Shown piece after piece: positions 20,701-29,629 of a DNA stretch of 64,000 nt (position 1 is its first letter; each line of letters starts with the position of its first letter). The DNA comes from a virus. Below the pieces are notes generated by a model, which was not told the DNA's origin, searched no databases, and saw nothing but the letters and a program-made list of their open reading frames with translations. The position numbers and the translations under genes were made by a program. The stretch lies in the IMG/VR virus record IMGVR_UViG_3300037067_022550. One strand, given 5' to 3'.

Positions 20701-21480
20701 TTCTATACCACCAACTTCTATAATTTGATTTAAATTTGTTCCAATAGCTGCATAATATAAGCCATCAACAACCAAAGAAGGCATTACGGCTGCATGTCCA
20801 GCATCAGTTTTTAATGGAAGATCTCCGGCTGGTATAATAGGTGATACATGCATAATTCTACCAAATCCCGTAATAAATCTACAAATAGCCATATTGTTGC
20901 CCGTATCAGGTCTCGTACCAGTAGTCCATGAAACCACATTTGGATTTGATAAACGCCAATATGCATAATTTATAGCATTATCCACCAGTGTGTTAGAACC
21001 AGCAGCCAGATGATAATAACCGTTTGTGGGATCATATACGTCTCCTTCATTCCAAGAAACATTTAAATCAGCAATTGGAGAAATATTATATGTAAAAACA
21101 GGGATATCTCTTGCTGCTCCTCTTGAACTGGTGTCTTCTATGAATTTATCTAAATAATAACCACCTAATGCACCTATTTGTCTAAATCCTTCACTGCCTA
21201 AAGTTTTAGAAGCTATTATATTACTGTATGTATTAATATTGTTTTGTAAGTTAGTATCAGCAGAAGTGGATCTAACAATTTCGTTATCAATCTTAGCACC
21301 TAAATTAGTTTCAGCGGCAACAGCGCGAATTGATTCAGCTTCAACTTGTTCAATTACATAATTAGTAGTGGCAACATTACCATCTGAGGAACCGTCATGA
21401 ATAACAGTTCCAAAAGATAAATTACCAAACAACAAAACAATAAAAAACAATAATATTATGATGTTATATTTAAGTTTCAT
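17794..21480 (-). CDS. large fibre-like protein with signal peptide, ETNL repeats and a C1q-like C-terminal domain
   Basis: 1228 aa. N-terminal signal/TM MKLKYNIIILLFFIVLLFG. Four 18-aa repeats (NALHAADTNLQNNINVAS). C-terminal FIPPIAGWYEVNAEI fits the C1q GxYxF signature. SD GGGGAGAG upstream. Confidence 0.55.
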   Translation of the reverse strand: MKLKYNIIILLFFIVLLFGNLSFGTVIHDGSSDGNVATTNYVIEQVEAESIRAVAAETNLGAKIDNEIVRSTSADTNLQNNINTYSNIIASKTLGSEGFRQIGALGGYYLDKFIEDTSSRGAARDIPVFTYNISPIADLNVSWNEGDVYDPTNGYYHLAAGSNTLVDNAINYAYWRLSNPNVVSWTTGTRPDTGNNMAICRFITGFGRIMHVSPIIPAGDLPLKTDAGHAAVMPSLVVDGLYYAAIGTNLNQIIEVGGIEYQNMSQRNVHLSKNLTNYGFVSPATVLVTYYHTNTATWVYSVTNQLPIDKWDNGTNIVNCTVSNWYRGVFLSQEGNPAMEWVYPQIEYTNYASALAGDDPVLPPGFEPYVPKCTAYIFQGGDISLREESDYWLDRRFMIRRGTISTGGGSSGSSVPSLYQVLLKSPVTGGILPSGMGNPATDDQAANKGYVDSTINKINANRAYVDSDSGNDSTALLESSILPYKTIQAAIDDAAIVASDSNRFIVTVSPGIYPENITMKNYIGINANSIEATVIKGTVNWTTNYTDSNGTELTFITVFQTNAPAIIADAGADNAYMAVNSCYLRSDYDNDITNKSVIILKRGDVEIYSTTYNELNIIPTNGSESVCNAQIFESTDGESIGGLIKFSSFNSSSIINSKDENDNISITYNHDSSYRGINTVQGGISRIQLNTAGLSYSNNIIIAYNNRATGRIGYEGVFNILSLLTTNNCNLFLGYSANGKSGESGISFKDNRVSISDGNPSNVYWGAATHDKDSVFIINTILSSSLTNYPRRYTNSGYAGNFIYITPHSDGTLLLGGALDMSAENTGEQVNPASGHLRIFIDAVSGFERPYFTDSKGNQTRIGRDSVLTVYNSETNTLQRGELIYITSGISDTSHYVKRAKADSLSTMPCFGIVTSIGGISAGNRGMILRLGRAEYIMDTTSWTAGDKLYVSPLIAGGITNVEPTGTNISQFIGWCNVSATNGSINIQITKPDILGSQLPSYYASESNLNIEINRAGTAETNLQENVNIASNALHAVDTNLQNNINVASNALHAADTNLQGNINVTSNALHMADTNLQNNINTVSNMAMNALAAFDAYITNGWTIPNNKITTIPFIENGSVSGCYDNVKNAFIPPIAGWYEVNAEITIAGNHALTIYLSRCNSSSTNNIQSGGIGALANAHDARINAVLYDDGQTNWYIIRVLENAADTISGGGTNGSSRFKGHFIGR
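18215..18430 (-). repeat. in-frame tandem repeat, 4 copies of a 54-nt unit inside the fibre gene
   Basis: The unit catgtaaagcgttactagcaacattaatatt... recurs with a 54-nt period. It also generates the spurious antisense ORF 18224..18475. Confidence 0.5.
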
Positions 21481-21643
21481 AATTAACTCTCCCCATATTT
21501 TGACTATTCTACTTATTCTAATTAGTTCTTAAATTTTTGTTTATTTTCCTCTATATTCAAAAATATTGTGAAAATAATTAAATTAATGATAAAGGGTTTA
21601 TTGATTAAAATAAGGAACAATAAAGTAAATTGAGGAGAAAAAT

Positions 21644-22396
21644 ATGCCAATTACATACTATTATGATTCCAAATTTAAAAAACCTTATCCAAACTTTGAA
21701 AAGATACAGAAAAGAAAAGTAATTCTTTCTGCAAGCAATGGGGCTGATTTAACAACTTCCGGGCTAAACTATACATTATGGCATCCTTCTGAAAACTGGG
21801 TAGTACATGAAGTTCTAATGCATTTTGGAGCTGCAACAGCTAGGTCTTACTCAGTTAACAAAGTAATCGGTAGAGGCATTATTACTAATTTAAATGACCT
21901 TTTATGGATAAGATGCGATGGATATACTGCACAAAGTATTTATTTGGATCAGGGCTTTTATACTGGAACAACATTGGCTACTCAAATTAAAACAAAATTA
22001 GATGCCGATGCCAATTTTATTGCTGCAGGTGTTGCTCCATTCACAGTATCCTATAGTGCTACAACAGGTAAATTTACTATTGTAACTACTGCTGGAAATA
22101 TTCAATTTATTAATACTAATATAGCTGTAGGAGTTAATAGAAATAGCACTGCTGGAGCTGTTGTTGGATTTGCAGCTGATAGTTCTTTTGCTACTTCAAT
22201 TACTAGTGACACTGCTGTTTTGGGGTTAGGAGATTTAATCCCAATAGATGCAGAAGCAACTAGTACAGATATAAATACAATTGTTAATGTAGATTCTCTT
22301 TCTCCAATTTTTGATGTGGACGGAGCTTTAAATTTAACAATTGGAACAGTTGCTACCACAGTAGATTATAAAATATCTTATGAAGAAGTTTTTTAA
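21644..22396 (+). CDS. hypothetical protein, possibly structural
   Basis: SD GAGGAG upstream. 250 aa, Thr/Ala/Gly-rich and beta-rich in character. Divergent from the fibre gene. Confidence 0.4.
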   Translation: MPITYYYDSKFKKPYPNFEKIQKRKVILSASNGADLTTSGLNYTLWHPSENWVVHEVLMHFGAATARSYSVNKVIGRGIITNLNDLLWIRCDGYTAQSIYLDQGFYTGTTLATQIKTKLDADANFIAAGVAPFTVSYSATTGKFTIVTTAGNIQFINTNIAVGVNRNSTAGAVVGFAADSSFATSITSDTAVLGLGDLIPIDAEATSTDINTIVNVDSLSPIFDVDGALNLTIGTVATTVDYKISYEEVF

Positions 22397-22427
22397 AGCA
22401 TTGTTATAATTTTTAACGCAATACATT

Positions 22428-23090
22428 ATGCCTATTTGTATAAAATGTCAATGGTTTAATAAAGATGCATCAGATTGTCACGCTCCAGGATATGATTCTG
22501 AATTGCGTAGGGTAACTTTAATGCGGAGATGTATATTTGGTGCTATAACAGAAAACTTAGACTTAATTAACGGCAAAGTTTTAGAAGTTGGACATGGCAA
22601 AGTCTTTTTTCTTAGAAAAAGAGTTAATAGAAAAAAATCTTTTTGGTATGGACTGGAGCCAAGATGGGCTGGAGGCGAACCACAAAACAAAATGTTTTAT
22701 GGCACTGTTTCTAAAATGCCTTTTGACAATATTTTTTTTGATTGTGTTGTTTGTAGTCAGAGTATAGAACATTGGCATGAATTTGGAGATACTATAGATT
22801 CTGGTCTAAAAGAAATATATAGAGTATTAAAACCTTCTGGTCTACTCTTTATTGATGTTCCTATTCATTCTCACGGAGCAAAAATATTTATTGTTGGAAA
22901 TATGGATGAAATTAAAAACATTTTTGATAAAGAAAAATGGGAAATAATTAAATTTGAAGAAAGAAGAAAAATTTATGAACCCTTAAAAGAACTTCCTACT
23001 ACAGTTAAACATCGTAAATATGCAATAGAAAATTCAGGACAAATAGTTCCTTCAGAATGGATATTAAATATTATTGTCAAAAAAATATAA
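22428..23090 (+). CDS. class I SAM-dependent methyltransferase
   Basis: Motif I VLEVGHG, motif II FDCVVCSQSIEHWHE, motif III LKPSGLLFIDVP. Confidence 0.45.
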   Translation: MPICIKCQWFNKDASDCHAPGYDSELRRVTLMRRCIFGAITENLDLINGKVLEVGHGKVFFLRKRVNRKKSFWYGLEPRWAGGEPQNKMFYGTVSKMPFDNIFFDCVVCSQSIEHWHEFGDTIDSGLKEIYRVLKPSGLLFIDVPIHSHGAKIFIVGNMDEIKNIFDKEKWEIIKFEERRKIYEPLKELPTTVKHRKYAIENSGQIVPSEWILNIIVKKI

Positions 23091-23858
23091 TTATTTGTTT
23101 AGTAATTTAATTATCAATGATTCAGGAGCACCATAAAGATTTTTTACAGGAGACCCAGCAAGTTTAACATCAACAATTGTTAAATCTACTATATAAACAT
23201 TATCTAAATAAGTTGTTGTAGCCCCATTGTAAACATTAAATCCCATAAAATTAGTTAAATTAGGATTAATAAATCCAAGATTATTAGTAACCAATGTATC
23301 ATTCATAAACAAACTCCATTTTTTAGTAATAAAGTTTTCATGAATACTAATTGTTATCCAACTATTGTTATTAGTTCCCATCCCGATATTTGTTATCGTT
23401 ATCCAATTCAAAGAATTTGTTGGAGAAGGATTAGTTGCAGGACCATTATGTACTGTGAAATAACCATTAGAATTTACATAAAACATTGCGACAACATTAG
23501 TATCAACAACAGGGTTATTAGTTCCATCATAAAAAACCATTCTAAGATCCATCTGAACACCCACAAAATTGTTAGTAACACCTTCAAATCTATTAGATAA
23601 TGTACTATCAACTGGAATCATTGCCATCTTTATACTACCAATTGGGGCAATAGCAGAATTTGATGTAACAATAACATTACTAGAAGAAGCATACCATCCA
23701 TTAGTACCCGTATCCAAGGGAGTTCCGTTGGTATATGATTCAAAATTGTCAGTGAATGGAATATTGGTGTTAACTCCTGAAAAGCCCTGCCCTGTTAAAA
23801 GAATAAAAATAGTTAAAACTATAATAGCTAACCTTCTCATTATTGAATTGCTCCCCAA
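23091..23858 (-). CDS. secreted protein, possible lectin/jelly-roll fold
   Basis: Signal peptide MRRLAIIVLTIFILLTGQGFSG. The FTDNFESYTNGTPLDTGTNGW segment is reminiscent of LamG/ConA-like domains. Confidence 0.4.
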   Translation of the reverse strand: MGSNSIMRRLAIIVLTIFILLTGQGFSGVNTNIPFTDNFESYTNGTPLDTGTNGWYASSSNVIVTSNSAIAPIGSIKMAMIPVDSTLSNRFEGVTNNFVGVQMDLRMVFYDGTNNPVVDTNVVAMFYVNSNGYFTVHNGPATNPSPTNSLNWITITNIGMGTNNNSWITISIHENFITKKWSLFMNDTLVTNNLGFINPNLTNFMGFNVYNGATTTYLDNVYIVDLTIVDVKLAGSPVKNLYGAPESLIIKLLNK

Positions 23859-24364
23859 ATTCCATCAGGACTAAAATGTATCTTGTTTGTTTCTATAGCA
23901 TATCCTATTATTCTTATAATTTCTCCTGAATTTGTTGGAATTGTTTGTCCCCACTCTCCAGATGTAGATGAAACATAAATAGGACTGCCAGGAGATAAAT
24001 TTGTGTTTGTAACAGTTAAATCTCCATTTACTAACATTCCATTAATTGAGCTATTTGTTCCTATAGCTATCCCCAACATCTTAGTGCAATTTCCATTAGT
24101 ATCAATAGTAACAACCCAAGCATTAGTTACCCACTGATATAACTTTTCAGGAATTGTGGTTGTATTACCAATTTTTAGTATTTTTTTAAATGTTCCGTCA
24201 GCTTCTACATTATTTAGAAGAGTATTACTTACTACGACAAAATCATTGGAAACAATTATCTTATCCTTTTCTACTATTGTGCCAGCATAGGCGTTATAAT
24301 AAAAGATAATAGATAATAATCCTATAAACCCAATGGTTAAAATTTTATTTATCTTTTTATACAT
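23840..24364 (-). CDS. secreted hypothetical protein
   Basis: Signal peptide MYKKINKILTIGFIGLLSIIFYYNAYAG. Confidence 0.4.
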   Translation of the reverse strand: MYKKINKILTIGFIGLLSIIFYYNAYAGTIVEKDKIIVSNDFVVVSNTLLNNVEADGTFKKILKIGNTTTIPEKLYQWVTNAWVVTIDTNGNCTKMLGIAIGTNSSINGMLVNGDLTVTNTNLSPGSPIYVSSTSGEWGQTIPTNSGEIIRIIGYAIETNKIHFSPDGIWGAIQ

Positions 24365-24557
24365 ATTTTCTCCTGTTTGTTTTTATAATTATACAATGAT
24401 TTGTTTATTTTAATAATTTTACATTAAAAAATTAATCACAAATATATAATGTATTTCTGCATTTTATTCAATTATCCCTACCTTGAACATTTTTTAAAAT
24501 AAAAGGGTTTTAGCATTTTTTATTGAAAAACTAAATACAATTAGGAAATAATAAATT

Positions 24558-25667
24558 ATGTCACTTCAAACTAGAGCAACAGCATTACAAGGAGAATATG
24601 TTAGGCTTTATTGTAGATTTATTCAGGATGGCATTTTAACAGATCCTTTTGCTGCACCAGAAGTTTATATAACAGATAACGGCTATTATCCGGATTCTGT
24701 TTCTTCATCTGAATCTTCTTCCTATAGCTACTCACTATCAGTTTCATCAGAAAGTTCATCTGAATCTGGAATTTATTATGGACCATTTACTGCACAAAAA
24801 GAACATACAGGACTTTGGTATATAGATTGGTTAGTTCCTGATAGTTTGCCTATTGGTAAATATTTTGATGTATGGAAATTTAAATGGTCAATAGATACAA
24901 GTATTAATAAAACAGAAATATTTGAATTAGTAGTAAATAAAATGGATCAACTTGTTAATTCTGTTAGCCCTGCAGAAACTTTCAATGTTGGGGATAATGT
25001 TTACGGTATGATGAACGATCTATCAAATAATTTCATCTATGAAGCCATGCATATACCTATATATTGGGAACAAGGTTATAAATCTAATGATAAAAAAACA
25101 ATTAACTTTGCCTTTGGTAATTGGAATCACGATCCCAGACCTATAATTAGAGTAAATCAAAAAATTCGTCCAGACGGTTGGCAACCCAATTATAATGGCA
25201 ATATTTATTTTAACCAAAGTTTAGATCCGGAAGATATGGTCTATGCTCAATATAATTTTAAATATTTTAGTAAAGAAGAAATAATGGATTTTCTTAATAT
25301 GGGTTTATATGCCATGAATGCTACACCTCCAGCTAGCCTAACTTATAATAGTATTAATAGTTCTCCTTTTGCTTGGAGATTTGGGATTATTTTATATGCT
25401 GCTATTAAAGCTATTCAAAGATTGGTGTTCGGATTAAATTTCCAAGAAAGAGCTTTAATATTTGCAGAAAAACCAGAAAATGTACAAGCTGCCATTAATA
25501 ACTTTAAGGCACTTTATGCAGATTATAATACTTTGTGGATTGAAGTTAAAAAAGAAGTTAAGACCTTGAAGTTGCCTAGTATCGGACAAATTTCTGTTCC
25601 TGAATATACGTTACCAGGTGGCAGAAGTCGTTGGTTTCGTTATCTTTACAAAAATGGATCTGGTTAA
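24558..25667 (+). CDS. hypothetical protein with Ser-rich low-complexity segment
   Basis: 369 aa. Low-complexity stretch SVSSSESSSYSYSLSVSSESSSESG. Confidence 0.45.
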   Translation: MSLQTRATALQGEYVRLYCRFIQDGILTDPFAAPEVYITDNGYYPDSVSSSESSSYSYSLSVSSESSSESGIYYGPFTAQKEHTGLWYIDWLVPDSLPIGKYFDVWKFKWSIDTSINKTEIFELVVNKMDQLVNSVSPAETFNVGDNVYGMMNDLSNNFIYEAMHIPIYWEQGYKSNDKKTINFAFGNWNHDPRPIIRVNQKIRPDGWQPNYNGNIYFNQSLDPEDMVYAQYNFKYFSKEEIMDFLNMGLYAMNATPPASLTYNSINSSPFAWRFGIILYAAIKAIQRLVFGLNFQERALIFAEKPENVQAAINNFKALYADYNTLWIEVKKEVKTLKLPSIGQISVPEYTLPGGRSRWFRYLYKNGSG

Positions 25668-26794
25668 GATAGTTGATGTTTCTCTTTATATCTTTTTAAT
25701 ATTAATTCTTTGTTTAAATTTAATATTGCATTTTTGTGTTTTAAATACTCTTGTTCATCAAACTTGTATAAAAGTTCTTTTATCGCAAATTTTTTAGTTA
25801 TTTTTAATAATTCTGATGAAGATTTAAAATCAAATATTATCCTAGGTTTTAGTTTTAACGCAGGACATCTAAATCTTACTTCTGCTGTTAATCCAAATTT
25901 TTCATATAATATTGTCTTTAATTTTTTATTTTCTTCTTCGGTAAAAGATTCAGAACACAATTGACATCTTGGAAGAGCATTGTTTAATTTTATTCCGTTT
26001 CTATATCCCCAATCAGTTATCCCATCATCCATAAACCAAATTGCTAAAACAAACTCATTTATATAATCTTCCATATTTTCTGGAACTACCTTTTTTCCGT
26101 TTTTATAAAAAGATTCTTTTAATTCTAAATTTAAACTATGAACTTTACAAACAAGTTGAAAAGTATAAACCCTAGTTCCAGATCTCTTATCATCTCCTAC
26201 GTAATAAGTAAAAGGGTTATTATTCCAAATTTCCTTTAAAAAACTAGCTTTCCACTCTAAATACTCAACTTGTTTTTCAGAATGTTTTTCTCTAAAATTT
26301 CCCCATTTATCTATACAACCATCCCCCAGAAGTGATCCAATAATAACATCCTTGGCTTCTTGAGACAATGGTTTTTCATTAGCAAGTCTTCTTATAAAAG
26401 TAGCTCCTTTTCTCTTAATGCCATAGAAGTCTCTTAAATATGTAATGTGTTCTCTTGGTATATTATATTTTTTTGATATATCATCTAAACTATTTATGGT
26501 TTGGTTATATTCTAATTCAAAAATTTCCTTATTAATAATTGTTGATTGATTTTTTAAAAAGTAATTATAAAAACTAATTAAGTGTTTAGATGTACCTTTT
26601 TTTATTTCTTTTGAAAATCCTCCATTTAATATTTTTTCTTTATATTCTTCAAAAGATATAAATTCTTTTTTTCTATGAGATGGTATTTTTAATCCATGTT
26701 CTTCCTGTTGAATGTGGCATTTATCAATACATTCCACCAATTCTTTTCTTGCCATTTCGTTGCTCACTTTATAAATATTGCTTGTTTTTAACAT
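25664..26794 (-). CDS. free-standing LAGLIDADG homing endonuclease
   Basis: Two LAGLIDADG motifs: IIGSLLGDGCID and LAIWFMDDGITD. Confidence 0.6.
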   Translation of the reverse strand: MLKTSNIYKVSNEMARKELVECIDKCHIQQEEHGLKIPSHRKKEFISFEEYKEKILNGGFSKEIKKGTSKHLISFYNYFLKNQSTIINKEIFELEYNQTINSLDDISKKYNIPREHITYLRDFYGIKRKGATFIRRLANEKPLSQEAKDVIIGSLLGDGCIDKWGNFREKHSEKQVEYLEWKASFLKEIWNNNPFTYYVGDDKRSGTRVYTFQLVCKVHSLNLELKESFYKNGKKVVPENMEDYINEFVLAIWFMDDGITDWGYRNGIKLNNALPRCQLCSESFTEEENKKLKTILYEKFGLTAEVRFRCPALKLKPRIIFDFKSSSELLKITKKFAIKELLYKFDEQEYLKHKNAILNLNKELILKRYKEKHQLS

Positions 26795-26930
26795 TATTTA
26801 TTCTCCTTAATTGTATATCTTATTATATATTACCAGAATTATTATACAACATCCTACAAAAATATACAATTTATTTTACCATATTTTTTATCCAATAGGA
26901 TTCTCCCCTTTAATCCAAGAAACATATTTC

Positions 26931-27815
26931 ATGAACAACATTACAAAAATATTAACACTTATATTTTTATTAATTTCATCAATATTATTTGCAGATTCAT
27001 TTTCTGCTTATATTGAAAATGATGTATATGAAAATAGTGATGGTTTCTATACTCATGGAACACAATTAGAATATACTCATAATATAGATTCAACCAATGT
27101 TTTAGGAATTAAGGGATCACAAGAAATATTTACTCCATCTGACAAAAATAATCCCCTTCCTGAATATGGTGACAGACCTTATGCAGGATGGTTACATGGG
27201 GATGTTTATTTGGAAAGATATTATGATAATCATTGGATAGATCATTATGAATTAAGTCTGGGAGTAGTTGGACCATATTCAGGTGGAGAATTAGCTCAAA
27301 AAACAGTTCATAAATGGTTAGGCAACAAACAACCTCAAGGATGGCAATATCAACTATTAAATGAACCTACTATTCAAATAAATTATGGTAAAATATACTC
27401 TGTTTTTTTAAATGATTATGTTGAATTACGTCCAGAAATGAGATTAAATGCTGGTAATGTTTTAGATGATTTTGAACTTATTCAAACTGTAAGATTTGGT
27501 TATAATATTCCTAAAGATTTTAGTCCTAGAATTTCTATTAAAGGATTATCAAAGAAATATTATTGTTATGGATTTTTAGGAGTAGCTGGGGCTGCAATTG
27601 CTAGGAATTTACTTTTAGATGGGAATACATTTAGGGAAGATGAAGATGTTGTGACTGTAGAACATAGACCAATTGTTTGTGATGGAATAATGGGTATATG
27701 CTTTGGAATAAATTTTATAGAAATAACTGTTACCCATATTGAACAAACAGATGAATTTTATGGTCAGAAGAGAGATGAAAGATATGACAGCTTAAAGGTA
27801 AGGTACATTTGGTAA
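26931..27815 (+). CDS. outer-membrane protein, LpxR/DUF2219-like (putative lipid A deacylase family)
   Basis: Signal peptide MNNITKILTLIFLLISSILFA. Mature N-terminus has YIENDV, and GDRPYAGWLHGD recalls a conserved LpxR-family motif. Start moved from 26811 to the internal ATG at 26931. Confidence 0.35.
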   Translation: MNNITKILTLIFLLISSILFADSFSAYIENDVYENSDGFYTHGTQLEYTHNIDSTNVLGIKGSQEIFTPSDKNNPLPEYGDRPYAGWLHGDVYLERYYDNHWIDHYELSLGVVGPYSGGELAQKTVHKWLGNKQPQGWQYQLLNEPTIQINYGKIYSVFLNDYVELRPEMRLNAGNVLDDFELIQTVRFGYNIPKDFSPRISIKGLSKKYYCYGFLGVAGAAIARNLLLDGNTFREDEDVVTVEHRPIVCDGIMGICFGINFIEITVTHIEQTDEFYGQKRDERYDSLKVRYIW

Positions 27816-27820
27816 ATTAA

Positions 27821-28729
27821 TTATTGATTCCACCAAGAATTTTGTATGGCTTCTTCTTTTTGTTCTTTTTGGCGTTCTTGAACCTCTTTATTAATCTTAT
27901 CTTGTTCTTGTCTTTTTTTAAATTCTTCTCTATCAAATCTAGCTTCTATTTCATATCCCAATTGATAATAATCTTTTAAAAGGGGATAACTTTTTAAAAA
28001 TTTGAGTCTAGCTTGATTGGGAGAATAAGCATCTTTTATAACATTTTCTAATTGTTGAGGAGTTTGTTCTATACCATATTTAATAACAACTATTTTATAG
28101 GGATAGGGCGTTTCTACTTTTTTTTCTGCTATTTTTTTTGATATTTTGTTCCCCTTATTATTTTTAGATAATAGGTGGTGAGATAATTTTACATCTTTGT
28201 GCTTTAAATCATCCATTTTTTTATAAAATAAAGAAATAATAAAATCATCTTTTGATAATATTTTTAGTAATCTTTTTATTCTTTCTACTAATACTTTATT
28301 GGCGGAATTTGTAAACTCATTTTTAAATTCTACAAAACGTTTCCCTAAAAAGTTAATAATAGATTTTTTCACAACATTTATGACTTCTTGGTTTTGTTTT
28401 ATTTCTGGAGGAGCTTCTAAATAAGACAATGCTACTAATGATGGTTCTGAAAGTTCTTTTGGATTAAATAAATTGTGTTCCCATAACCATTTTATTTCTT
28501 TTGGACAATTCCAGTTATCAACAGCTTTCCAAGAGATTTGGTTGCTTTCCCCTTTTCTTAAAACTTCAGCCAGTATTTCAGGGGGGCAGTTAATATTGCC
28601 GGCTGCATACATAGAAATGACATCTTCTTTTCCCCTTCTCAGAACTTCTGCTAAAATTTCAGGAGGACAGTTAGGATCTTGAACCATTTCTGATGTTATT
28701 TTTGATTGTGATGTCTTATACCAGTTCAT
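27821..28729 (-). CDS. MNWYK-leader protein with NPNCPPEIL (LRV/HEAT-like) repeats
   Basis: Starts MNWYKTSQ. Repeats DPNCPPEILAEVLRRGKEDVIS, NINCPPEILAEVLRKGESNQIS and NWNCPKEI. Paralogue of 58454..59299. Confidence 0.55.
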   Translation of the reverse strand: MNWYKTSQSKITSEMVQDPNCPPEILAEVLRRGKEDVISMYAAGNINCPPEILAEVLRKGESNQISWKAVDNWNCPKEIKWLWEHNLFNPKELSEPSLVALSYLEAPPEIKQNQEVINVVKKSIINFLGKRFVEFKNEFTNSANKVLVERIKRLLKILSKDDFIISLFYKKMDDLKHKDVKLSHHLLSKNNKGNKISKKIAEKKVETPYPYKIVVIKYGIEQTPQQLENVIKDAYSPNQARLKFLKSYPLLKDYYQLGYEIEARFDREEFKKRQEQDKINKEVQERQKEQKEEAIQNSWWNQ

Positions 28730-29322
28730 TCATATTTATCCTTAAAAATAGTATCAAATACATCTTTAATTCCGAATTTTTCTTTAATCATTTTATTGAT
28801 ATCTGGATAGCTTCTTATCTTATCTGATTCATTATTATAAACGGCCAATGCTTCTTTTATCATATCCATTCGCAAATAATCAATAAATGTTTTAACACAA
28901 GAAACTCCTCTACCGTTATTTTTTATTTTTTGAATATTGTCTAGTTTATCAATCCAATCTGTTTCTACTAATTTGTCGCTTATCCCTAAATATACCTGAA
29001 TAGACTTATTACCTTTTGCTTTTGCCATGCCTATTCTATGTTTTCCGTCTAAAACATCATAGGAATTATTATCTATTTTTAAAACAATCGGTGGAATATT
29101 TGTTTGTTTGTTTTTAAATTTAGGATCTGCTACCCAGTCAAAAAGATCTAATGATAATTCTGTTAGTTCCCATTGTTTAGACGCATAAGCTATTTCTTTG
29201 GCACTATTAAGATTTATTTCTCCTGACCAATCTTTTAATGAATTATTTAAAATAAAATCAACCATTTCATCGCCTGTTAGAGATTTTGGATAATTTTTTT
29301 GTGATATTTTATACCAGTTCAT
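28726..29322 (-). CDS. MNWYK-leader protein with ParB/Srx-like nuclease domain
   Basis: Starts MNWYKISQ. PPIVLKIDNNSYDVLDGKHRIGMAKAKG matches the ParB/sulfiredoxin DGxHR motif. 4-nt overlap with the downstream gene. Confidence 0.5.
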   Translation of the reverse strand: MNWYKISQKNYPKSLTGDEMVDFILNNSLKDWSGEINLNSAKEIAYASKQWELTELSLDLFDWVADPKFKNKQTNIPPIVLKIDNNSYDVLDGKHRIGMAKAKGNKSIQVYLGISDKLVETDWIDKLDNIQKIKNNGRGVSCVKTFIDYLRMDMIKEALAVYNNESDKIRSYPDINKMIKEKFGIKDVFDTIFKDKYE

Positions 29323-29627
29323 TGCAATACAAGTCCCATATAGTAAGCAGTTCTTTCACATTCTTTTAATATTAAATCTTCGTCACTGCTTCCTAAAAAT
29401 TCAAAAAATTGGAAATTAGGAAGTTGATGTTTTTCTTGTTTAGAACCGCTTTGCCAAAAAGCTTTTAATTTTTCATTCAAATACACATTGCAAAAATAAA
29501 CAAATTTTTGCAACTCATTTTGGTCTTCACTTTCAAAACAAATTCCCCAGGTATGAACTCCGTCTGGATAATGAATATATAGTTTGTCTTTTAATTCTGC
29601 TTTTTTATACCAGTTGGTTTTAAACAT
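29319..29627 (-). CDS. NWYK-leader hypothetical protein
   Basis: Starts MFKTNWYKK. 102 aa. 4-nt overlap with the neighbouring gene. Confidence 0.45.
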   Translation of the reverse strand: MFKTNWYKKAELKDKLYIHYPDGVHTWGICFESEDQNELQKFVYFCNVYLNEKLKAFWQSGSKQEKHQLPNFQFFEFLGSSDEDLILKECERTAYYMGLVLQ

Positions 29628-29629
29628 AT

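Noticed and set aside
28473-28682. ORFs 28473..28682 and 58660..59043 encoding ISGGQFGL repeats
   Set aside because: These are antisense readings of the NPNCPPEIL repeat DNA. The sense-strand genes have conserved repeats, starts and SDs, and the antisense ones do not.
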